Part shown: positions 45,401-54,343 of the stretch, piece by piece
Position numbering within the stretch: the stretch's first letter is position 1
How the letters are laid out: every line of letters begins with the position of its first letter
Virus record (IMG/VR): IMGVR_UViG_3300027917_000019
Span: 32,001 to 96,000 of that record
Reading direction: 5' to 3' (one strand)
DNA length: 64,000 bases
Source: a virus
Notes under the pieces: generated by a model
What the model was told of the DNA's origin: nothing
The model's database searches: none
What the model saw: only the letters and a program-made list of their open reading frames with translations
Translations under genes and position numbers: made by a program

Positions 45401-45917
45401 AACTCGTGGACAGCCTAATAACCCGTATCCGGCGTATGCTCTTCCGCCAACGCAAGGCTTCAATAGTCCTCCTGAGGCACGACGCGGGGCTTCAAGGTTG
45501 GCTCACTTCTTCGTCGTGCCAGATCCCATAGCTATTCGCAGAGCCATTGCTTTGCGAGACAACTCTGCGGGTAATGTAGTTTCCCATGAAAGGGCTAACA
45601 AGAACTTCTTGAATATAATCGACGATAGTAGATATTTCACAGAGTTTGGCTATGGAGAAGGACCTCGTGGATTGCTTTTGCCCACCAGTCAAGAGTTTGA
45701 TTCTCCTGCTGCAGCTCTTGCAGAGATTGCGGCGGCTTCTGACATCAGTGAGGAGGAAGCTAGGGAACAACTACGTGCGGCTGGACTAGAGGTTGGAGAG
45801 AATGGTGTTGTGCGTACAGACATAGACCCAGAAGGTGTGAGTACTCCGCTTTCTGGAGCTACTGAAGGTGCAACCAGCTTTGATGGTGTTCCTGTTCCTG
45901 GGTTAGACCAGTGGTGA
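42414..45917 (+). CDS. baseplate hub with inserted M23 peptidase
   Basis: FFGLIDRV, NELFFD, GAPEIRIG, FYVEGVQH..TTLQVTRG; M23 HNGID, YGN, YAHL, HLHFEI. Confidence 0.88.
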   Translation: MSAIDSGAPESGADSVDGLRRYTTRIKVLVHSHNHADGPINLSDDVMSCQLGKNIKGVGRANIAVVARNSYLNMLYPNDYINIYFDVGDGKGWVRTFFGLIDRVEEDITVAENGVPTTLYHIIATDFQKIFQKTNIYFNPHLFDRPDMSGEDFNAFNIGGVVLMTRGIRVQGSPADMVTNQILLQIGFGSQWKLPDSYPAAVEDRFANQRAQYAQDRLFESVSNLMTPEESDRLRTILQERGLNAYALDTEDEVTSALTSNAGDSLSSGDASERTAAAIQAVGLDRADVEAGELTALTSTTDVGSMARILSDARIRQQLFGSGLSNESQQIAREAINSYIGTELVSRNATNIVDIMNVFDFVERRAIDGYAFDLAIWEKQGPLESILRSVSNEAINELFFDLRPLTTIPEGGEDPNVFHKAGTDWDYRPDEIGGNKPDVTNRASGVRYMPSVVMREYPWATTHRIDASGVDVSVGNNDGQSGNLGIIYFGGIFSNRPNEPGRHLVGIPVLNLEEQVNGFRGPNRTYKHLDVAVISETEIRQTRLGRSDAEHFNLFEMWTEGVSGPEMRYYMYDFLPIITPIHIQRHGLRTRTVTTRFSRYPPALSRNLRPQAETPAEEEVEEAEVTAAEAPREERELVPPVGAHPSLHFRNINQMAYGYRPRDGGWTFHNGIDIYGDGPDLSVYPFSVQKEGKSQGQVDVVAIADGLIVGSMAQGTMSKYGNAVAIYHPQYDVISWYAHLAHREELTGNVDASRRRADAFNREYTTIGSSSRFTPIPVRRGQKIGSVGVTQGVSDGDPNAIFRTDRAHLHFEIMHRVPSRNHDATPIIPYTTLARTSPKPPGSNPYGEDPVEWFASHGVDLEAEIRALGDTPTASDFDEETSIDDTDEVAPTAESRIASGIEDEVSTTLTTTRQQTMRGVVDSIDQRKQIGRWALLQDHWYQHNLEYLSGSVVMRGAPEIRIGYRLDIKERRTSFYVEGVQHSWQYPNEMQTTLQVTRGQPNNPYPAYALPPTQGFNSPPEARRGASRLAHFFVVPDPIAIRRAIALRDNSAGNVVSHERANKNFLNIIDDSRYFTEFGYGEGPRGLLLPTSQEFDSPAAALAEIAAASDISEEEAREQLRAAGLEVGENGVVRTDIDPEGVSTPLSGATEGATSFDGVPVPGLDQW

Positions 45918-45923
45918 TAAACG

Positions 45924-47336
45924 ATGAGTAATGACTGGCGTCCTATAGTTGGTATCGATAGAGGCCCTGTTCAGCAAGGTTTGGTAACAGATCCTGCTGA
46001 TTATGAGCACTATCAAATGAACAGCCTTATGTTGGGTGTCATTCTTGAGGTGTATCCTTCCGACTCCGAACTTAACCGAACAGCCCACATCTCTGAACAG
46101 CGTCGAGGATTTTACCACGAAGCTAAAGTGCTATTGGTAAACACCAACTCTTCTTCTAACCTTCTTGTCGACCACGCGGTTATTTGCCCATCTGTTCACA
46201 CAGGATTAGACGACTACTATGAACATCTTCCTCGTGGAAGTTCTAACCGCGTAGATGGTGAACGTTACGTTGTTGGTGGTGCTAACGTAGACCCGTACGA
46301 TCTAGATGGTGATTGGTGTGTTGTAGGCTTTATGGGGGGAAGTTTGGACCAACCCTTCATAGTCGCGTGGTGGCCTCATCCTAGGAATGTTTACGACGCT
46401 GCTACCAGCGGGAACGCTAATGCGAATAGGACTGGGGTACCCCAGTCGTTAGACCAGAAGAACAGATACTTTCGTAGAATAAATGGAGTTGAGCATGTTG
46501 TTACTGGACGCGGAGATATCTACCTATCCACAACGTATGCCAACTCAGACCTTCGCTTCGGCACTGACATTCCTGCAACCAAAGGGCGCTTCCCTCGCAG
46601 CCTGAAGGCAGAAGAGGGAGGGTCTATTCTACTTGAAGTTAAGCCTACACAGACTTTAGAACTATCTTGGGACGAACAAATAGATGGTGCTGGGATACGC
46701 CGTGGAAGTGAGGCTGAGCTTCCTCAAACTAACCCTCCTCCAACAACGAGGCAAAACGCTTCAGCTACCCCACGTACAAAAACGTACGTGAAAATTGACC
46801 AAGAAGAGTTTCGTGTAGATGTTCCTGAGGATGTCAAAGTCACTAGTGGCAAGCGTGTTCGAATCTTCTGCGAGGATACAACTACCCTTTTTGCTACCAA
46901 CCTGCTAGAATTGGAAGCAGCACAGGTATCACTCGCAGGAACTTCGGGTATTACGCTTGACAGTGATACAGGTAACATTTCCCTCAGTGCAGCTACTCTA
47001 GTAGACTTGATATCACAAGCTGCAATGAATCTCACAGCTTCCGGTGCTATTACCATTGGTGGGTCTTCGGTGACCATTGGCCCATCTACTCCTGGCGCTG
47101 GAACAATAAGCTCTACAGATACAGGCGTTGCACTAGGAACAGGTGCAGTGGATGCTATTGTTAGGGGAACGGCATTGGACACGGCGTGGGCACCTGTCAG
47201 TACAACGTTAACAGCTGTTCCGGCTGCTGCCGACTTGGCATCAGCTATAACCTTGGCAAACGCAAATAAGGCAGCTATTCTAGCATTGATAGCGGCCCTT
47301 GCTGGCAGTCTTTCAACTACAAATACTACGGGATAA
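45924..47336 (+). CDS. baseplate spike (gpV/gp5-like)
   Basis: GDWCVVGFMGG...PFIV OB-fold end; beta-repeat C-terminus. Confidence 0.75.
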   Translation: MSNDWRPIVGIDRGPVQQGLVTDPADYEHYQMNSLMLGVILEVYPSDSELNRTAHISEQRRGFYHEAKVLLVNTNSSSNLLVDHAVICPSVHTGLDDYYEHLPRGSSNRVDGERYVVGGANVDPYDLDGDWCVVGFMGGSLDQPFIVAWWPHPRNVYDAATSGNANANRTGVPQSLDQKNRYFRRINGVEHVVTGRGDIYLSTTYANSDLRFGTDIPATKGRFPRSLKAEEGGSILLEVKPTQTLELSWDEQIDGAGIRRGSEAELPQTNPPPTTRQNASATPRTKTYVKIDQEEFRVDVPEDVKVTSGKRVRIFCEDTTTLFATNLLELEAAQVSLAGTSGITLDSDTGNISLSAATLVDLISQAAMNLTASGAITIGGSSVTIGPSTPGAGTISSTDTGVALGTGAVDAIVRGTALDTAWAPVSTTLTAVPAAADLASAITLANANKAAILALIAALAGSLSTTNTTG

Positions 47337-49282
47337 TGGCAACAGGAAACTCTCCCATTCTTTTGCGCGGTTCTACTGTCTCTCGTTTTACAGACGAGCA
47401 GCGTACAGAGCGTGTGAATTTGGGTGCACAAATCACACCCACGATTCAGAGACTGTATAGCATCTTCTTGTGGGATTTGGATGCTGGTGAGATTCTAGTA
47501 TCTCGTCCTTCTTTGGACCCTGCAGAGCGCACTGACAGGGCTGAGTATTTCTTCACGACGCCCCCCAAGGTTCACGATATGACTGAACCGTTTGCTACTC
47601 GCATTATTGCCACACAAAACGGTGGTAAGTACATTGAGTCACACGGTTCTATTTTCAAAGAGATTCGTGTGTCGGGAAACACGGGGTTGCGCCCGCGTAA
47701 GAAGCTTCCGAACGTCATCCCTCTATTGCCTACTTCTTCATTCTTGGGCGTAGCTGAAGCGTTTACAGCAACGGGGTTTGGTAACGAGATTCGTAAGATC
47801 CCCTCAGAAGAGAAGACTGGCTTTGACGATATCCACTTTCTGCGAAACATCTTTCGTAGGTACTCAGACTCCAAGGGCCGTAATGAGCGCCTGATTATGG
47901 TGTGGAGAAATGTCAAGGATGATGATTACTGGGTTGTAGAGCCACGTTCATTCAAACTCCTTCAGAATTCATCTTCACCGCTTACGTACGGGTATCAACT
48001 GGATATGCAGGGGTTGTCCAAGTTCGACCCTTCATTGGCTGTAGTTACTGCTGTAGCAGATCCTCTTGAAGCTCTGAGAAACATTTCGAGGTTCTTCTCT
48101 CGTATTCAAGAGTTCAAGCAGAACTTGTTGTCTTCTTTCTTGGTTGTTGCCACACAGATTAAGCGAATTCAGGGAGCTGGCCACTTCCTGATGAATAACT
48201 CACTAGGGTCTTTGACTGCTGTGATTCAAGGACTTACGGCGATTACCTCTGCAACTTCAGACGTGGCCCCTGGTCTACAGAGAACAGTTAGAGAAGCTAA
48301 GGACAACTTCAACGCGGCGCTTGCTGATCTCACTGCACCTCTAGAGCTTGCAACTCCGAGCGCTTCTTTTACTCCTGAACAAGAGAAGCACCTAAACAAC
48401 TTTGGGACACTAATCAATACTGTGCGTAAAGTCTTGCGCATACTTGACTTCATTCAGATTGAGCCGACCCTGCAAGACAACATCTCTACGAGCGAGGATG
48501 GCGTCAGGCGTCGAGCACGTGGCACCTATCGTACGCCGGGGGGAGGCACAGGGTCTCCGACGTCTCCACGCACTGCAGGGGATCCTACGTACATTGGAAG
48601 TTCAAGCTCTCCCTCTGCCGTAGCTGAGGCTAGAGTTGGGGTTGGAGAGACAATCCGAGACCTTTCTATGCGTTTGTTGGGAGACTTCAGGCGTTGGCAC
48701 GAGCTAGTTCTTTTGAACGATCTCAGAGCACCCTTTGTTTCTGATGGGGCACTCACTCCAGGAGTTCTAGCGCCTGGGGACGTTATTCTTTATCCCACAC
48801 CGATTGGCGTTACTGATCCTTCTAGAATTTCTCCCAGGATGCTTACAGACGCGGAAACTGAGAACCAAGACCAGAACGTATCTGGAATCATTTCTCAGAC
48901 GTATGGACGTGACCTGCGTTTGAAGTCTGTGGAAACAGATCTTACAGACCTGGCAGTGAACCAACGGGGAGACATTTCCACTATAGTTGGTATTCCCAAC
49001 GTCAAGCAGGCAATTCTTATCAAGTTTGCTACAGAGCAAGGGACGCTTCCTGCACACCCAGGGTTTGGTGCTCGCTTCCCTATCGGTTCTAAAGCAGACG
49101 TGGTGTCTTTCAATGAGTTCCGTATAAACACACTTTCTACTTTACAAAGCGATCCCCGTATTACAGACGTGTCCAGACTAGAGTTCAAGTCTCTTGCTGA
49201 CGTTTTGGTTGTAAGTGCTGAAGTCATCTTGCAGGACGGGGCAGATTTCCTAAACACTGACTTCGCTCTCCGTAGGTTCTAA
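47336..49282 (+). CDS. baseplate protein with LysM-like and gp25/GPW-like domains
   Basis: GETIRDLS.RLLGD..RW.ELV.LN; NVKQAI...TEQGTL.AHP.FG...DPRI. Confidence 0.8.
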   Translation: MATGNSPILLRGSTVSRFTDEQRTERVNLGAQITPTIQRLYSIFLWDLDAGEILVSRPSLDPAERTDRAEYFFTTPPKVHDMTEPFATRIIATQNGGKYIESHGSIFKEIRVSGNTGLRPRKKLPNVIPLLPTSSFLGVAEAFTATGFGNEIRKIPSEEKTGFDDIHFLRNIFRRYSDSKGRNERLIMVWRNVKDDDYWVVEPRSFKLLQNSSSPLTYGYQLDMQGLSKFDPSLAVVTAVADPLEALRNISRFFSRIQEFKQNLLSSFLVVATQIKRIQGAGHFLMNNSLGSLTAVIQGLTAITSATSDVAPGLQRTVREAKDNFNAALADLTAPLELATPSASFTPEQEKHLNNFGTLINTVRKVLRILDFIQIEPTLQDNISTSEDGVRRRARGTYRTPGGGTGSPTSPRTAGDPTYIGSSSSPSAVAEARVGVGETIRDLSMRLLGDFRRWHELVLLNDLRAPFVSDGALTPGVLAPGDVILYPTPIGVTDPSRISPRMLTDAETENQDQNVSGIISQTYGRDLRLKSVETDLTDLAVNQRGDISTIVGIPNVKQAILIKFATEQGTLPAHPGFGARFPIGSKADVVSFNEFRINTLSTLQSDPRITDVSRLEFKSLADVLVVSAEVILQDGADFLNTDFALRRF

Positions 49283-49283
49283 T

Positions 49284-51122
49284 ATGCCTTTCGTCCCTCG
49301 CACTTACGAGCAAATTCTTGAAAGCATGATTGCTCACGTTCAAGCTAACACGATCATCTCCGATTGGACGGTAGGTTCTGTTGCTAGAACTATCCTTGAA
49401 GCATCGGCATTAGAAGATGACGAGCAGTATTTCCAGATGGTACAGTTGTTGGATGCATTCCGCATCACAACGGCCAGAGGGGAAGACCTAGACAGACGTT
49501 TGGCTGATTTCGGAATTGTTCGTAGAGACGCACAAACAGCTACTTGTCGTGTTCGTTTCTTTGATGCAAACCTAATCACAGAACAACTTGCGCAAGAAGA
49601 GGCTGTTGGCGCTTCATCTATAGTTCTGTTTGACTCTTCTGCGTTCCCTACCTCTGGATATCCATATGTAGTTCGTATTGCGGAGGGAACTACTCGTGTT
49701 CAAAATTTGACAGTGACGGCGAACGTTATTTCAACAAACACTCTTACACTATCTACTACCTTGGACAATAACATGGTAGTAGGTGACAGGGTGTCTTTGG
49801 TGACGGGGGCGTCTTCTCACACCATAAATACTGGAACAAGTGTGCAGGCACCTCCAACCGTTTCTGAAGCCCCGAGGCTCTTTGTTACACAGGAGCCTGG
49901 TTTCATCGCTGCTGGTAACTTCTTCTCCAACGAAGTCATCGTAAAGGCACAAGCTAGTGGAACCGCTGGTAATGTAGGTGCTGGGCGCATTACACAGTTC
50001 GCAAGTGGTCCTCCATTCCCTGGTGGTGGTGTAATCAATCAAGTAGCCGGCTCTGGTGGTGAGCTGCGTGAGAGTGACTTCGATTTTAGACAACGCGCCC
50101 TAGACCAACTGCAGGCACTATCAAGAGGAACCCCTCTAGCACTTCGTACAGCAGCGATTGGTGTTACTGACGAAAACACTGGACAAACTTCCGTCAGCGC
50201 TAACATTATTGAAGATTTTGCAGCAGACGAGGTCATCGTATACATTGACGACGGTACTGGATTGGTGCCAGATGTAATTGCCTTGGCTAGTGATTCTTTG
50301 GGGAGTGCTGTTAGTATTGGTGCGGGCGTTATCACTTTGGTAGATTCATCGCAGTTCCCGAGTTCTGGAACAGTGTTGATTGAGACAGATGCATCTTTGA
50401 ACCCTTCGGAGTTGTTGGACTACGTGTCAAAAGATGATACACTCAACACCCTAACGCTTTCAGGAACCGCAGCCAGCGCACACGACATAAGCTCTACAGT
50501 GTTGTTTGTTGATGAGGTAACGAGTAGTGCAGAGTCTGGGCAACGAAGGTTTGAGCTACAGAATCCTCCAGTAGTGCGAGGAACAGACCGTATTTTTGTC
50601 AACCCAGGGTCTGGTTGGATTGAACAAACACCTGATACTGATTATCGTTTGAATCGCGGTACCGGGGAATTTCAGTTCGTATCTTTAGGTGGTGTAGCTA
50701 CCGGTACGGCTATTGTGGGACACTATTCATATTACACCAACCTCATCAGAACGGTTCAACGAGTGCTTGAAGGAGATTTGGACAGCTCCAGCGCATATCC
50801 TGGTGTGAAGGCGGCAGGAATTTTCTTGAGCGTTGAGGCTCCGAATATCAAGCGTGTCACAGTTGTTGCTTCCATTTCTGCTTCTATTGGGTTTGTCGAA
50901 AGCGACCTTGCTCCTCAAGTACAATCCCAAATAGAGACCTACATCAACTCCCTTAAGATTGGTGAAGATGTAATTCGCTCTAAGCTCATTGACGTGGCTT
51001 ATAGAGTTCGAGGTCTGCAGGACATCACAATTGCGTTGCCTACCAGCAACATTACTATTCTAGAAAATCAGCTGCCCGTACCTTTTGCAGCTGATGGGAC
51101 ATCTCTAGTAACCATTCTATGA
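49284..51122 (+). CDS. baseplate J-like wedge protein
   Basis: DWTVGSVARTILEA, ARGEDLD, G..GNV, ESD.DFRQR, VYIDDGTG, VKAAG. Confidence 0.9.
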   Translation: MPFVPRTYEQILESMIAHVQANTIISDWTVGSVARTILEASALEDDEQYFQMVQLLDAFRITTARGEDLDRRLADFGIVRRDAQTATCRVRFFDANLITEQLAQEEAVGASSIVLFDSSAFPTSGYPYVVRIAEGTTRVQNLTVTANVISTNTLTLSTTLDNNMVVGDRVSLVTGASSHTINTGTSVQAPPTVSEAPRLFVTQEPGFIAAGNFFSNEVIVKAQASGTAGNVGAGRITQFASGPPFPGGGVINQVAGSGGELRESDFDFRQRALDQLQALSRGTPLALRTAAIGVTDENTGQTSVSANIIEDFAADEVIVYIDDGTGLVPDVIALASDSLGSAVSIGAGVITLVDSSQFPSSGTVLIETDASLNPSELLDYVSKDDTLNTLTLSGTAASAHDISSTVLFVDEVTSSAESGQRRFELQNPPVVRGTDRIFVNPGSGWIEQTPDTDYRLNRGTGEFQFVSLGGVATGTAIVGHYSYYTNLIRTVQRVLEGDLDSSSAYPGVKAAGIFLSVEAPNIKRVTVVASISASIGFVESDLAPQVQSQIETYINSLKIGEDVIRSKLIDVAYRVRGLQDITIALPTSNITILENQLPVPFAADGTSLVTIL

Positions 51123-54100
51123 CGACTGAAACCAACCAGAGCGCGATAGCTGAAGTACGTGATCAACTTTCAATTGATTACGCAGACGGAAAGTATCTAA
51201 ACAACGCTACAGCAAACTTGGGGCTTACACGTCCTGTGTTTGGTTTTAGTGACGACGCTTGGCGTGCTATTACCAAGGTGTTGGCCCTTCAGTTTAAGCA
51301 GGTTCGTAATAAGTTCCACGACGTTCTGTCAATAATCCTTGGCCCGCGCATTACCGAGACAGCTACACTTTCAACTGCCGTTGCTGTTGACGATCGTCAA
51401 CTAGTAGTCACGGATTCTAGTAGGCTACCACAAACAGGCACGTTGATTTTGGATGAGGGACAGGCTACTGAAGAAACTATTACCTACAGCTTCATTGATC
51501 GTAGAACACACACAATCTACCTTAACGACCTTGCTACGCAAACACACGCTGCATATCCTAGTGGTGATGTAGAGACTCCGTTGATTTGGCCTGGGGTTGC
51601 AACAGACGCAACGCTGTATGTTCATGTAACTGATGCGCGAAATATTGCCACTGTTCCTGTGACTGCCGTAATAGGTCGTGGAACGTCAGCTGAAGAAGTG
51701 GTTACTATTACAGCTGTAGATACGGATACTGGCGCGTTGACTATCTCTCCAGCGTTGTCTAATACACACGCAAGTTACGTACCCTCTCCTGTGCAGAATG
51801 CGCTTGCGCAGGATTACCAAGCCAGTGCTGAGTTCTTGGTATTGAACAGCTCCCTACAGTTTCCTGACGAAGGTTTTGTGCTTCTAGGGGCAAGCTCTTC
51901 TTCCTTTACAGTGACGGGAGGTTCTGCAGCATCTATAACGGTTGCTGCCTCTACATTCACTGCAGATAGGCACGTTGGAAACTTGCTAGTATTTGATGGG
52001 AATATCACGGCAGCGTTGGCAGGAGTAGAGGCACAAGTATCTGCTAACACTGCTAGCAGCGTTACATTCAAGGTTTCTCTTCCTACCAATCCAGTAGCTG
52101 GAGACACTTTTTCTATTCGTGTCGCAGAGAAATTTACTAGAAATGTATTTGCAGATAACGCCCTTCAACTATCTAGAGATATCGTTGATGTAGCTCTTTC
52201 TAGTGGAACTGAAGTAGAATTGCTTAGAGAGAAGGCGACAGTAACGCTGGCACCCGTGAAGGTTGTGGGAACGGGCTGGGACGTCATTCAGACAGACCCA
52301 AAGAACATTGAGATTCTAATTCCTGCGACCCTGGCGGACATCAACACGGTTCGCAGCGCGTCCTATCTACACCCGGCCCCTATTACGCCATTTTCTACTA
52401 CTTTAGCTTCATTAGCCTCTATCGGAGATACAACACTAACGTTGACCTCTGTTTCAGGATTGCCCGCTGCCGGACAGTTGATCATAGACTCTGGGGGTGC
52501 TAATGAAGAGTTCTTGGGCTACGCTAGACAGCGTATTGTAGATGTGGCACTGCCGGCTCCTGCGTCTACAGTAAACGTAATTACAGTAGCAACTGGAGGT
52601 CTCACCGCTGCGGCACACGTAGGCGCAACGGTATATATTGGTGGTGAAGATTTTGCTGTAAATACTTCTCGTACAGTCATTGCTAACACCGCCACAACAA
52701 TTACGGTGTATTCTGCAGGTTCTGGAGAACCTCTCACAAACGAGCAAGTTGATGCTTTGGTAGCTGGGGATGTAGAAGTTTGGCTGTACCATGAGGATAC
52801 TGTAGACGTTCAAAACCAAACAGTTGGTATTGCTCACGCGGCGTTAGAAACAGTTGATTACGACCAGACTGTTGATTCTACAACTCTTCCTGGGGGCGGA
52901 ACAGGGACTAACCAAAGCGGAGATGTTTGGGCAGACGATAATACTTTCCCCGGTGGTTACTTGTATGATATTTCACGCGATGCCCCTGCAGTGGCCGCAG
53001 ACATAACTACCCTGTCTGAACCTCTGGCTGGGCCCACAACGCTGGTTGTGGACACGCACGTGACCCGTACAGCCTTGGAAGTCGCAGATGCGTCCCTGTT
53101 CCCGTTGGGGGCAGTATCGCCGTTCACGGCCGTCCTGGGCCGTGGAAGCGGCAACCGAGAGATTATCACCGTCTCAGACGTCAACTTGAAACAACGTGTT
53201 AGTACTACAGTAGCTGCCCCAGGGTCTTCTGCTACAGATACCATCGTTCCAGTAACACTTCTAACAGGTGCAGGGGTAGCCGATGACCTTCCCAACGTAA
53301 AGGGATATCGCGTTTTGTTGGACAAGGGCGGTGCTAACGAGGAAGTAATATACGTAACAGGAACATTGACTTCTCCAAACAGGCTTGTGTGTGACCCAAC
53401 TACGGAGCCCCACGTTGCTGGAGAAACTGTAGAATTGCTTGCGGACGTTCTCAGTGTAAACCCCTTAGATGATGAGCATGTAGGGGCCTTGAAACTCAAC
53501 CAAAGGACGGATCGCTGGCCTGGTGGCCCTGTGGTTACTTTGACTGCCGCTGCTTCTGTAGGGGATGTTGTCGTTACTTTGAGCAGTAACGCTGAGTTCC
53601 CTACATTTGGTAGGTGTCGTATTGAAGCTGAGGATTACAACTACAGCGTAGGTACTGGAAACACTCTCAACATTTTGGATCCGGGAGGGATTCGCAGAGC
53701 TTCTAGCATTTCTGACGCGGTAGTTCTTTTGGCTACTAAGCAAACTGCAGAGCTAGTAGAAGTTCAGTATGATTCTATCGAAGTGGCCTCTACAACAGGT
53801 TTCCCAACGGCAGGTGGTGACGTAATTTTGAACTTCGGTAAGGGAGTTCCTAATGCCGAAAGCACGTTGGACTTGGCAGTTTCTCCCCCAATAGCTACTA
53901 TTGACCTAGTAGACACGTCACTTTTTCCTACAGGATCTTATCCGTATGAGGTTATAATCAACCCAGGAGCCGGAGAGTCAGAGGAGCGTGTATTAGTTAC
54001 AAACAATAATACAACTCTAGATAGACTTACTCTCGATTCTAACGTCAACATCGCCCATCCCATCGGTACAGTGGTCACCTTTACCTCTGGTGACCAAGAG

Positions 54101-54340
54101 ACACTTTCCTACACCAGCGTGGATGGTGCAACAACCCTTCGATTTTCTACTCCGGTTGTGCTACAATCTAATCACTCGACTACCGAGACAGTGATTCAAT
54201 CTCCTGGACGTAGTACCCCCGGCACAGACGGCTATTCTTTCCCCTTCCGCATGCCGACAGACCTACTCTTCCGTATCCAGTTTTTGTTTGACTTGATTAG
54301 GGCAGCCGGCGTACAAGTCACTGTCATTGAGCAAAGATAA
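51119..54340 (+). CDS. large baseplate protein with repeated beta modules
   Basis: ADGKYL..LG..RP...SDD..R N-terminus; IRAAGV C-terminus; many FP.G...EE...H repeats. Confidence 0.8.
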   Translation: MTTETNQSAIAEVRDQLSIDYADGKYLNNATANLGLTRPVFGFSDDAWRAITKVLALQFKQVRNKFHDVLSIILGPRITETATLSTAVAVDDRQLVVTDSSRLPQTGTLILDEGQATEETITYSFIDRRTHTIYLNDLATQTHAAYPSGDVETPLIWPGVATDATLYVHVTDARNIATVPVTAVIGRGTSAEEVVTITAVDTDTGALTISPALSNTHASYVPSPVQNALAQDYQASAEFLVLNSSLQFPDEGFVLLGASSSSFTVTGGSAASITVAASTFTADRHVGNLLVFDGNITAALAGVEAQVSANTASSVTFKVSLPTNPVAGDTFSIRVAEKFTRNVFADNALQLSRDIVDVALSSGTEVELLREKATVTLAPVKVVGTGWDVIQTDPKNIEILIPATLADINTVRSASYLHPAPITPFSTTLASLASIGDTTLTLTSVSGLPAAGQLIIDSGGANEEFLGYARQRIVDVALPAPASTVNVITVATGGLTAAAHVGATVYIGGEDFAVNTSRTVIANTATTITVYSAGSGEPLTNEQVDALVAGDVEVWLYHEDTVDVQNQTVGIAHAALETVDYDQTVDSTTLPGGGTGTNQSGDVWADDNTFPGGYLYDISRDAPAVAADITTLSEPLAGPTTLVVDTHVTRTALEVADASLFPLGAVSPFTAVLGRGSGNREIITVSDVNLKQRVSTTVAAPGSSATDTIVPVTLLTGAGVADDLPNVKGYRVLLDKGGANEEVIYVTGTLTSPNRLVCDPTTEPHVAGETVELLADVLSVNPLDDEHVGALKLNQRTDRWPGGPVVTLTAAASVGDVVVTLSSNAEFPTFGRCRIEAEDYNYSVGTGNTLNILDPGGIRRASSISDAVVLLATKQTAELVEVQYDSIEVASTTGFPTAGGDVILNFGKGVPNAESTLDLAVSPPIATIDLVDTSLFPTGSYPYEVIINPGAGESEERVLVTNNNTTLDRLTLDSNVNIAHPIGTVVTFTSGDQETLSYTSVDGATTLRFSTPVVLQSNHSTTETVIQSPGRSTPGTDGYSFPFRMPTDLLFRIQFLFDLIRAAGVQVTVIEQR

Positions 54341-54343
54341 TCT

